Translations under genes and position numbers: made by a program | Source: Octopus sinensis | Taxonomy: Eukaryota | Direction of reading: 5' to 3' | Assembly: GCF_006345805.1 (NCBI RefSeq) | Contig: NW_021836192.1 | Location: forward strand, 1-20,249 | DNA: 20,249 nucleotides | Notes under the pieces: generated by a model | Told to the model about the DNA's origin: nothing | Database searches by the model: none | Seen by the model: only the letters and a program-made list of their open reading frames with translations | Part shown: positions 1 to 8,571 of the stretch, in pieces | Position numbering within the stretch: the stretch's first letter is position 1 | Layout of the letters: the number at the start of each line of letters is the position of its first letter

Positions 1-222
1 ACCACACACATATATATATATTAGAACGTTTGGAGATGATGTACAGGTATTTTATATCAGAAGAAATGACAGGTACTCAGAATTCGGATGGTTTTATATT
101 TACAGATATTTATTTGTATATTACATGTTTTTATTAAATCATATAACTAGATCATATATCATATATTAGCACTTTCGCCCATTTTGGTGGAGTTTTCAAA
201 TTGCGTCCATTCTGGTGGATTT

Positions 223-275
<53 letters not shown>

Positions 276-289
276 CATATACATATATA

Positions 290-443
290 CGGACAGGCTT
301 CTTTCAGTTTCCGTCTACCAAATCCAATCACAAGGTTTTGGTCGGCCACGGCTATAGTAGAAGACAAGGTGTCACGCAGTGGGACTGAACTTGGAACCAT
401 GTGGTTCGTAAGCAAGCTACTTACCACACAGCCACTCCTACGC
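290..443 (-). mobile_element. tRNA-derived CORE-type SINE head (family A), copy 1 of a local triplication
   Basis: Minus strand reads GCGTAGGAGTGGCTGTGTGGTAAGTAGCTTGC (A-box-like TGGCTGTGTGG), then a B-box-like GTTCAGTCCC, ending GAAACTGAAAGAAGCCTGTC. It aligns by eye to eight other copies in the window. Resemblance to octopus OR-type SINEs is from memory. Confidence 0.85.
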
Positions 444-510
444 ATACATATATGATATATATATATAATATAATATATATATATACACACACATATATAT
501 ACACAGATAT

Positions 511-666
511 ACGACAGGCTTCTTTCAGTTTCCATCTACCAAATCCACTCACAAGGTTTTGGTAGGCCCACGGCTATAGTAGAAGACAAGGTGTCACGCA
601 GTGGGACTGAACTTGGAACCATGTGGTTGATAAGCAAGCTACTTACCACACAGCCACTCCTACGCC

Positions 667-667
<1 letters not shown>
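511..667 (-). mobile_element. SINE family A head, copy 2 of local triplication
   Basis: Near-identical to 290-443, with the same 8-bp deletion (AGAAGAC|AAGGTG). Confidence 0.85.
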
Positions 668-704
<37 letters not shown>

Positions 705-717
705 TATACACTTATAT

Positions 718-874
718 ACGACAGGCTTCTTTCAGTTTCCATATACCAAATCCACTCACAAGGTTTTGGTCAGCCCACGGCTATAGTAGAAGACAAGGTG
801 TCACGCAGTGGGACTGAACTTGGAACCATGTGGTTAGTAAGCAAGCTACTTACCACACAGCCACTCCTATGCCT
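718..874 (-). mobile_element. SINE family A head, copy 3 of local triplication
   Basis: Near-identical to 290-443 and 511-667. Confidence 0.85.
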
Positions 875-1057
875 ACTGTTGTTGAGATTCAGAGCAAATC
901 GCAGAAGGTCCTCATCTTTGCTTATGGAAAATTTCTTCCAGGCCAAATTCCAAACGTGGCAAGAATTCAGGGACAAATTTATTGCTGTGCAAGGTGACTA
1001 TTTTGAAGGAGATAATGTTAAAACTTGAGTAAATAAGTTATTTTTTATTAAACATAA
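875..1057 (+). pseudogene. Mariner (Tc1/mariner) transposase C-terminal relic, frameshifted
   Basis: Two frames join to TVVEIQSKSQKVL/..LMENFFQAKFQTWQEFRDKFIAVQGDYFEGDNVKT* (TGA 1026-1028). This matches the mariner C-terminal pattern F-x2-W-x2-R-x2-K-C-I-x3-GDYFEGD. No TIR recognised. Confidence 0.75.
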
Positions 1058-1485
1058 GGCACCATTCGAGCGTGATCGTTACCAGCGTCGCCTTACTGGC
1101 ACTTGTGCCCGTGCTTGTAGGGTGCCAAAAGCACCATCCAAGCATGATCGTTGCCAGAGCAACCAACTGGCTTCCGTGCAAGTGGCACTTAAAAGGCACC
1201 ATTCGAGTGTGATTGTTACCAACGTCGCCTTACTGGCACCTGTGCCGGTGGCATGTGTAAAAAGATTCGAGTGAGGTCATTGCCTGACTGGCCCCCGTGC
1301 CTGTGGCACGTAAAAAGCACCCACTACACTTTCGGAGTGGTTGGCATTAGGAAGGGGCATCCAGCTGTAGAAACTCTGCCAGATCAAGATTGGAGTCTGG
1401 TGCAGCCATCTGGTTCGCCAGTCCTCAGTTAAATCGTCCAACCCATGCTAGCATGGAAAGCGGACGTTAAATGACAACGACGACT
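1058..1485 (+). mobile_element. RTE LINE 3' UTR fragment (family of 11974-14180)
   Basis: Contains the GTGCCGGTGGCACGTAAAAAGCACC-type subrepeats, GGAAGGGCATCCAGCTGTAGAAAC, the CCATGCTAGCATGG palindrome (1443-1456) and a degenerate GAC/GAT tail. Same sequence as the 3' UTR of the RT-coding copy. Confidence 0.85.
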
Positions 1486-1500
1486 ATTATTATTATTATT

Positions 1501-2055
1501 GAGTGAGAGAGCAGTGCATGCCATCAAAGTGACACTGGGGTAAAATATACGAAGCCCAATATACCCATCATGACTACCCGTCTGATAAGGGTACACCAGG
1601 CACATGCAACACAACCACATGTGCATGACATGGCAATCTCTGATCAAGATAAACAGCACATGACCTTGCAGGTGGGGCCCAGGTAGAATTTTCTTCAGGT
1701 TGAGTAGCCCATCCCGCTCAAAAGGTCCCTGAATAAGGGTTGTTTAAGGAGTTGAAAGAACACACCCATGTTTCCAGAGGTGAACTATTCAAACCCAAAA
1801 GAATCCCTTCAACACATGGCTATGATGCTCCCCAAATATTCTGCTCGTGATCACAGATGCACATATCGTCAGCCACTAAGGGACATGCTCAACTGGTTAA
1901 GGTCAAACGACTGACAAGCAAATCTGTGGTATTGAGCAGAATATTTGCTGTAGCCCATCTTTTATACCAAGACATAACAATGTACATGATAACACTTCCA
2001 ATCAGTTAAGATCAGAAGCCACGAGAGCCACTGCCTTAGTACTGCATCAGGGCAT
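1501..2055 (-). mobile_element. Unclassified interspersed element with (AAT)n tail, embedded in (TTA)n repeats
   Basis: 555-bp complex block flanked by (TTA)n at 1485-1500 and 2056-2114. Minus strand ends ...CTGCTCTCTCACTC(AAT)n. No ORF or Pol III boxes recognised and only one copy in the window, so repeat status is inferred. Confidence 0.45.
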
Positions 2056-2302
2056 TTATTATTATTTTTATTATTATTATTATTATTATCATTATTATTA
2101 TTATTATTATTATTCAGGGAACTTTTTGATACCACTTTGTACATGCTATTATTTATAGCTTTATATTTGCTTCGAGACCCAATGTTTGAAAATGGAATAA
2201 TTTCACGTTCTATAGAAGTTTGTGAATTCTTACGACATCAGTTATATTTCTAATGTCTTCCCCCCCTCTTCAGCCTCTTTCAATTCTCCTCATCTTTTGC
2301 AG

Positions 2303-2466
2303 CTGGCAACTTACTACAATTGACTGTGATATTTATTTTGGGGTTTACAAATTGTATAAAAAGGGTTCTGAAGCTGTGGAGAAGACCAGTGTCGTTCCTC
2401 AGCAGCAAATAGACAGCCATCTTGTGCCTGAGATCAGTGATTTCGTCTGTGAAGAATCAGGAAGTT
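2303..2466 (+). CDS. Penultimate coding exon of a SEC14L2-like CRAL-TRIO/GOLD protein (N-terminal half of GOLD domain)
   Basis: Polypyrimidine tract plus TTTTGCAG acceptor (AG 2301-2302) and donor GTATGT at 2467-2472. Phase 2 in, phase 1 out. Encodes (x)WQLTTIDCDIYFGVYKLYKKGSEAVEKTSVVPQQQIDSHLVPEISDFVCEESGS, which parallels the SEC14L2 stretch WQF...GFGIF...SHLVPEDGTLTC..PG as recalled. Confidence 0.9.
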
Positions 2467-2595
2467 GTATGTATTTCGTTTCTTAATTTTTTTCTTTTTT
2501 TCTTTTTTGTATAATTATCTTTTGTCATGGACAGGAACAAAGAGCCAACATGAAATTTTGCATTATACCTGGGAAATACCTTTAAAATTCAGATA

Positions 2596-3145
2596 GTTAA
2601 GTTAAGTTAATTCTTTGGCTCAAAAAGCAAAAAGCAAGGCCATGTAGGGGGACATGGAGTTATATACAGGGAGGGTGTTCATGCAAAGAGTTCAGGCCAT
2701 TTCTGGTCAAGAGAGACTTTGAACCGAGTGGTTGTCGGCATCTTCACTATCTCATCCAACAGCTTATTCCACGGATCCACAACCTGGACGGAGAAAGCCC
2801 CTCTCTTTCGATTGAGATGAAATCGTCGCAGATAGAGCTTTTCGGAATGACCCCGCAGCCAACGCTCTGGAGCAGGAGTGAAGAACAGCTCTTTCGAGAG
2901 ATTACACTTTCTGCTTATGATGTGAGCAAGAATGAGATCACCACGGCGGCGGCGTTTTTCTAGAGAATAAAGGTCGAGTGTCTTCAACCTTTCTTCATAA
3001 GACAAATGCTTGAGACTAAGAACCATGTGGGTAGCCAGCTTCTGGACTCTTTCGAGATGATGTATGTCTTTGAGGAGATAAGGAGAAGAGGCTTGAATCC
3101 CGTACTCCAATATGGGTCTCACCAGCGTGACATAGAGTGGTAGGA
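2596..3145 (-). mobile_element. CR1-group LINE 3' fragment (ORF2 C-terminus, 3' UTR, (TTAAC)n tail)
   Basis: ORF 2679-3155(-) has LYVTLVRPILEYG..SPY..KDI..LERVQ..AT..LSYEERL..L.L.SLE.RR.RGDLI..LRGH...F..RV...WN.L, typical of the CR1/L2 ORF2 C-terminus. (GTTAA)3 at 2596-2610 is the tail. 5'-truncated. Confidence 0.88.
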
Positions 3146-4369
3146 AATTAATCATGCATCAACACGGAGCATTGAGATTTCAATGATGTGATTGTCTATT
3201 TTTACCATCACCTGATTTGAGAGATTAAATCTGGCCAGTTTCCGCATAAAACAACCAAATATTTAAGCCGGATGTGGCTGGTTTTGCAATGACATGATTT
3301 GAGAGGTTGGATCAGACCAGCTTCAGCAGAAAACAACCAAATATTTTGGCCAGATGTGGCTGGTTTAAGTGCTAAAGAATTAAACATTTCAGCATTTAGA
3401 TTCCTCTGTGAAATATAATGCTTATTTATTCACATTGTTTTGAATTAATCATGGATTAATTATCTCACAGTTTTGAGATTTCAATGATGGAATTGTTTAT
3501 TTTTAGAATGACATTGTAGGGTAGGTGTGAGAGGCTGGATCTGGCCTTGTTTTGAATTAATCCTGCATTATCTCATAGCTTTGAGATTTCAATGATGTGA
3601 TTATTTATTTTTAGAATGACATTGTAGGGCAGGTGTGAGAGGCTGGATCTGGCCGTGTTTTGAATTAATCCTGCATTATCTCATAGCTTTGAGATTTCAA
3701 TGATGTGATTGTTTATTTTTCGAATGACATTGTAGGGCAGGTGTGAGAGGCTGGATCTACCTTGTTTTGAATTAATCGTGCATTATCTCAGAGCTTTGAG
3801 ATTTCAATGATATGATTGTTTATTTTTAGAATGACATTGTAGGGTAGGTGTGAGAGGCTGGATCTGGCCTTGTCTTGAATTAATCATACATTATCTCACA
3901 GCTTTAAAATTTTGATCATGTGGTTCTTTATTTTTCGAATGACATTGTAGGGCAGGTGTGAGAAGCTGGATCTGGCCTTGTTTTAAATTAATCCTGCATT
4001 ATCTCATAGCTTTGAGATTTTGATCATGTGGTTCTTTATTTTTCGAATGACATTGTAGGGCAGGTGTGAGAGGCTGGATCTACCTTGTTTTGAATTAATC
4101 GTGCATTATCTCATAGCTTTGAGATTTCAATGATATGATTGTTTATTTTTAGAACGACATTGTAGGGTAGGTGTGAGAGGCTGGATCTGGCCTTGTTTTG
4201 AATTAATCATGCATTATCTCATAGCTTTGAAATTTTGATCATGTGGTTCTTTATTTTTCGAATGACATTGTAGGGTAGGTGTGAGAGGCAGGATCTGGCC
4301 TTGTTTGAACATAGAACAAGTAGAATATCTGGGCCAGATATGGGCCACGTATAAATGTTAAAGGTTTAA
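3146..4369. mobile_element. TTAA-bounded MITE-like element(s), two head-to-tail copies; possibly piggyBac-type
   Basis: Degenerate ends TTAA-ACATTTCAGCATT (3380) and AATGTTAAAGGT-TTAA (to 4369). A partial upstream copy ends AAGTGCTAAAGAA-TTAA and shares the TTAA at 3380-3383. That upstream copy has an 82-bp internal duplication (3213, 3295). The terminal CCC is mutated at every end, so the superfamily is inferred. Confidence 0.5.
3435..4300 (+). repeat. Tandem array, 8 x 107-108 bp, inside the MITE-like element
   Basis: Unit starts (TTGTTTTGAATTAATC) at 3435, 3547, 3655, 3762, 3870, 3978, 4085 and 4193; exit at 4301. Confidence 0.95.
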
Positions 4370-4547
4370 GCAAGAACCTCTCCTTCAAAAGATACATGGT
4401 ATAACCATGTATCTACTCTATAGCAAGATACCTCTGCATGTACCCGGCATAAAAATCACCTCACCACCCTCTTAAATATCTGCACCGCTATTTGGTTGAG
4501 AGGGCTTCTCCTTTATCCACTATTTTTCTCTTTTCTTGCCCTTTCCT

Positions 4548-4766
4548 ATCTTTTATCTTTTACTTGTTTCAGTCATTTTGACTGCGACCATGCTGGAGCG
4601 CAGCCTTTTAGTCAAAGAAATTGGCCCCTGAACTTACTCTTTATAAACCTGGTACTTATTCTATTGGCTTCTTTTGCCCTAAGTTACAGGGACATAAACA
4701 CACCAACGTCGGTTGTCAAATGATAGTAGGGTGACAGACACAAATGCAAATACACACACACACACA
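4548..4766 (-). mobile_element. SINE family A 3' module (about 200 bp)
   Basis: Reverse complement of the module at 5740-5952, 11400-11594 and 15640-15790 (CTCCAGCATGGTCGCAGTCAAAATGACTGAAACAAGTAAAAGAT), followed by (CA)n. Confidence 0.8.
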
Positions 4767-4989
4767 CATCATCATCATCATCGTTTAACGTCCGCTTTCC
4801 ATGCTAGCATGGGTTGGACGGTTTGACTGTGGGCTGGCGAACCAGATGGCTGCACCAAGCTCCAGTCTTGATCTGGCAGAGTTTCTACAGTTGGATGCCC
4901 TTCCTAATGACAACCATTCCAGGTGTGTAGTGGGTGCTTTTTTTTTACACATGCCAACGACACAGGTGCCAGTAAGGCGATGCTGGTAC
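4767..4989 (-). mobile_element. RTE LINE 3' end fragment
   Basis: (CAT)n tail, CGTTTAACGTCCGCTTTCCATGCTAGCATGGG (palindrome 4799-4812); truncated in the subrepeat module. Confidence 0.85.
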
Positions 4990-5003
4990 AATATATATAT
5001 ATA

Positions 5004-5313
5004 TCACGTGATCACGTGACCGACCAGGCTATCAGATGTTGCTACGCATCGCTGGTCACAATGCGCTTCGCATTGTTTTTAGCCTTCGAATGACGCCACC
5101 CCGCTAGTCAAGCGAGCAGGCCAAGAGAAGAAAGAGTGAGAGAAAGTTGTGCGAAAGAGTACAGCAGGGGTCGCCACCACCCCCTGCCGGCGCCTCGTGG
5201 AGCTTTAGGTGTTTTTGCTTAATAAACACTCACAACGCCCGGTCTGGGAATCGAAACCGCGATCCTACGAGCGCGAGTCCGCTGCCCTAACCACTGGGCC
5301 ATTGCGCCTCCAC
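5004..5313 (-). mobile_element. tRNA-derived SINE family B, full length
   Basis: Minus strand starts GTGGAGGCGCAATGGCCCAGTGGTTAGGG (A box) ... GGTTTCGATTCCC (B box). Colinear over about 300 bp with 14702-15005. Confidence 0.85.
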
Positions 5314-5315
5314 TA

Positions 5316-5355
<40 letters not shown>

Positions 5356-5357
<2 letters not shown>

Positions 5358-5517
5358 GACACGCTTCTTTCAGTTTCCATTTACCAGATCCACTCACAAG
5401 GCTTTGGTCAACTTGAAGCTATAGTAGAAGACACTTGCCCAAGGTGCCATGCAATGAAACTGAATGTCAAACCATGTGGTTGGGAAAGCAAGCTTCTTAC
5501 CACACAGCCACTCTTGC
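5356..5517 (-). mobile_element. SINE family A head
   Basis: Intact ACCTTGGGCAAGTGTC (MIR/CORE-like motif) on the minus strand. Probably the head belonging to the 4548-4766 module. Confidence 0.85.
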
Positions 5518-5561
5518 AAGTTACTTGGTAGCCAGAAAATATAAATAAAAAAATATATATG

Positions 5562-5952
5562 GGCACAGAATGTGGCTGTGTGGTAAGAAGCTTGCTTACC
5601 AACCACATGGTTCCAGGTTCAGTCCCACTGCATGGCACCTTGGGCAAGTGTCTTCTACTATAGCCTCAGGCCGACCAAAGCCTTGTGATTGGATTTGGTA
5701 GACGGAAACTGAAAGAAGCCCGTCGTATATATCTATGTGTATGTGTCTTTGTGTCTGTCCTACCATCACCACTTCACAACCAGTGTTGGTGTGTTTACAT
5801 CCTCGTAACTTAGGAGTTCGGCAGAAAGAAACTAATAGAGTAAGTACTAGGTTTTAAAAGAATATAAGTCCTGGGGTCAATTTGTTTGGCTAAAACCCTT
5901 CAAAGTGGTGCTCCAGCATGGCTGCAGTCAAATGTCTGAAACAAGTAAAAGA
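5562..5952 (+). mobile_element. Composite SINE family A: head (5562-5726) + TA/TG microsatellite + 3' module
   Basis: A/B boxes, ACCTTGGGCAAGTG, internal microsatellite, then a module ending GAAACAAGTAAAAGA. The same order is seen in three other copies. Confidence 0.85.
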
Positions 5953-6051
5953 AAAAAAAGAATACATATTTTTATTTATTCTTTTATACATTTGTTTATT
6001 TATATTATACATACATTTTTATTTATATATATATATACATATCTTTTATAG

Positions 6052-6152
6052 ATCTGTTCCTCTTTGACAATACTCACAGCTGGTTCAGAAGCAAGCGAGT
6101 TCTCTATCGAATTGATGTCACTCTTCCAGATGCCAGTCCACCCAGAGAATAA
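6052..6152 (+). CDS. Terminal coding exon of the SEC14L2-like gene (C-terminal half of GOLD domain)
   Basis: Acceptor CTTTTATAG (AG 6050-6051). Phase 1 completes T|AT = Tyr with the previous exon. Encodes YLFLFDNTHSWFRSKRVLYRIDVTLPDASPPRE*, with the GOLD motif Y-x3-FDN-T-x-S-W-x2-S-K. TAA at 6150-6152. Confidence 0.92.
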
Positions 6153-6153
6153 A
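6148..6153 (+). promoter_or_regulatory. Candidate polyadenylation signal AATAAA overlapping the stop codon
   Basis: GAA TAA A contains AATAAA; GT/T-rich tract follows at about 6160-6190. Confidence 0.4.
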
Positions 6154-6357
6154 ATAATGATGTTGTTGTTACTATCGTTGTTGTTTTTTTACTATTGAAG
6201 TATGGTGGAGCTTTTCAAAGAGAATTCCTGTCCAGTTCTTACTGAGATTGAGGACCTCAATTGTAACTGTTTCTTTTTAGCTTGTAGCATTTTACCTTTT
6301 CTGTGGCATAAAAGTACTTACTTGTACTTGTGGCGATGATGACGATAGTAATGATGA

Positions 6358-6757
6358 CTAGCAGCATAGCCCGGCGTTGCCCGGGTATGTAAGAGCCCCT
6401 AGTAGGCAACGACTAATCCCAATCTAGTTCTTTCCCTCTAGGGAACGAAGGCGCATGTGTAGGTTGCCATGTCTTCTCTTCACTCGAACACTTCTATGTA
6501 TACGATGTTCCTAGCTGTCTCCCGACAGAAAATGTGTTGCATATAAAAAGCTTAAATTCTCGACCCCCATGTCGAATTTATCGACTTTTTCAGAACTGGG
6601 GGAACTTTTCAAAATTTTCGCTGCGTTAGTTTTGAATTATGACATTGGGCTATGTGTGTGTCAAGTTTCATCAGAATCGGTTGAAAGCCGTGGTCAGGGC
6701 GAGGGTACAACCTGACAGACACACAGACAGACAAACTGCCGTTTATATATATAGAGA
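6358..6757 (-). mobile_element. Non-autonomous Helitron, 400 bp
   Basis: Minus strand begins TC (6757-6756) after A and ends CTAG (6361-6358) before T. GC hairpin CCCGG-N6-CCGGG at 6370-6385 lies 8 nt from CTAG. Internal (GACA)n near the 5' end. No TSD, and removal restores GATGA|TGATGAT. Confidence 0.85.
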
Positions 6758-7497
6758 TGATGATGAAGATGATGGTGATGATGATGATGATAATGAGGAT
6801 GATGACAGCAACGACAATGATGATTAGTGGAGATGATGATGATGATGATGATGATGGAGATGATGATGATGAAGATGGTGATGATGAAGATGATGATGAT
6901 GACAGCAACGACAATGATGATTAGTGGAGATGATGAGGGTGATGACGATAGTAATGATGATGATGATGAAGATGTGATGAGAGATGATGATGATGACAGC
7001 AACGACAATGATGATTAGTGGAGATGATGATGGAGATGACGATAGTAATGATGATGATGATGAAGATGATGATGATGACAGCAACGACAATGATGATTAG
7101 AGATGAGATGGAGATGACGATAGTAATGATGATGATGATGAAGATGATGATGATGACAGCAACGACAATGATGATTAGTGGAGATGATGATGGTGATGAC
7201 GATAGTAATGATGATGATGATGAAGATGATGATGATGAAGATGATGATGATGACAGCAACGACAATGATGATTAGTGGAGATGATGATGGAGATGACGAT
7301 AGTAATGATGATGATGATGAAGATGGTGACGATGGTGATGATGATGACAGCAACGACAATGATGATTAGTGGAGATGATGATGATGATGATGATGATGGA
7401 GATGATGATGATGATGATGATGAAGATGATGATGATGATGACAGCAACGACAATGATGATTAGTGGAGATGATGACGATGACGACGACAATGATTGA
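6758..7497 (+). repeat. GAT-rich minisatellite, 8 units of 78-97 bp
   Basis: Conserved block GACAGCAACGACAATGATGATTAG(TGG)AGAT at 6804, 6901, 6995, 7077, 7155, 7252, 7346 and 7440, separated by variable (GAT)n. Related sequence continues at 6335-6357 on the other side of the Helitron. Confidence 0.92.
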
Positions 7498-7874
7498 TTA
7501 CCAAAAACCAGATTCTGTAGGACTAGTACTTCACAGTCACGGTTGAGCGGTTAACGGTTTTAAAGGACATCACCCAGCAGTTTGAACAGGTTTTTAACAT
7601 AATTCACATTTGAGTGATTAGCATTAGAAAACTCTCTCATCTGGATGTGAAAACAGGTTCCACCACTCTGCACATTTCAAGCTCGAGTGGTTACGTCATA
7701 GTAGCAAGGAATATCCATCCAGGTGTAAAACGGACATTCCTGATTGCTTTCTGATTTCTTTTTTCAGTGTCATTACTGATTTCAGCGATTAGACTGTTGC
7801 CAAACTGGAGCAGTGCCTTCATGGGTTTGAATTGATTGCATTGATCTGTTTAATATCTATATACTATTTTTCTC

Positions 7875-8067
7875 TCTTTTACTCTTACTTGTTTCAGTCC
7901 TTTGACTGCGGCCATGCTGTAGCACCGCCTTTAATCGAGCAACTCGACCCCGGGACTTATTCTTTTGTAAGCCCAGTACATATTCTATCAGTCTCTTTTG
8001 CCGAACTGCTAAGTAACGGGGACATAAACACACCAGCATCGGTTGTCAAGCAATGCTAGGGGGACAA

Positions 8068-8116
<49 letters not shown>

Positions 8117-8270
8117 TACGACGGGCTTCCGTCTACCAAATCCACTCACAAGGCTTTGGTCGGCCCGGGGCTATAGCAGAAGACACTTGCCCAAGGTGCC
8201 ACGCAGTGGGACTGAACCCGGAACCATGTGGTTGGTAAACAAGCCACTTACCACACAGCCACTCCTGCGC

Positions 8271-8271
<1 letters not shown>
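7875..8271 (-). mobile_element. Composite SINE family A (3' module 7875-8070, CA/TA microsatellite, head 8117-8271)
   Basis: Low-divergence copy with GGCGCAGGAGTGGCTGTGTGG ... GGGTTCAGTCCC ... ACCTTGGGCAAGTG on the minus strand. Confidence 0.9.
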
Positions 8272-8311
<40 letters not shown>

Positions 8312-8312
8312 T

Positions 8313-8527
8313 TATATTCTTTTCTACTCTAGGCACAAGGCCCAAAATTTGGGGGAGGTGGGGCAGTCGATTAGATCGACACCAGTACGCAACTGGTACT
8401 TAATTTATCGGCTCTGAAAGGATGAAAGCCAAAGTCGGCTTTGGTGGAATTTGAACTCAGAACGTAAAGACAGATTAAATACCGCTAAGCATTTCGTCCG
8501 GCATGCTAACACTTCTGCAAGCTCACC
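8313..8527 (-). mobile_element. tRNA-derived SINE family C
   Basis: Minus strand GGTGAGCTTGCAGAAGTGTTAGCATG (A-box-like) ... GAGTTCAAATTCC (B box), followed by CTTTCATCCTTTCAGAGCCGATAAATTAAGTACCAG. From memory this resembles a conserved central domain of widespread animal SINEs. A short related piece lies at about 16160-16205. Confidence 0.7.
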
Positions 8528-8571
8528 ATTATGTATGTATGTATAATGTGTGTGAGTGTATATAAGTTCTC

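Noticed and set aside
591-1028. 145-aa ORF as a gene
   Set aside because: Chimera of antisense SINE copies, (TA)n and the last about 35 codons of a mariner relic.
5240-5313. tRNA gene (also 14702-14775 and family A heads)
   Set aside because: A and B boxes are present but there is no complete cloverleaf or acceptor stem, and each continues into a shared non-tRNA body, so these are SINE heads.
6609-7490. Many overlapping ORFs rich in S/I/H or M/D
   Set aside because: Translations of the (GAT)n minisatellite in several frames and on both strands; no splice or homology support.
6758-7497. Poly-Asp frame as an acidic C-terminal tail for the SEC14-like protein, as in squid RALBP
   Set aside because: The gene has an in-frame TAA at 6150, a Helitron intervenes, and every repeat unit contains TAG/TGA stops.
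7745-7835. Possible extra exon after TTTCTTTTTTTCAG (about 7766)
   Set aside because: All three frames stop within about 22 codons, there is no recognisable homology, and it lies downstream of the gene's stop.
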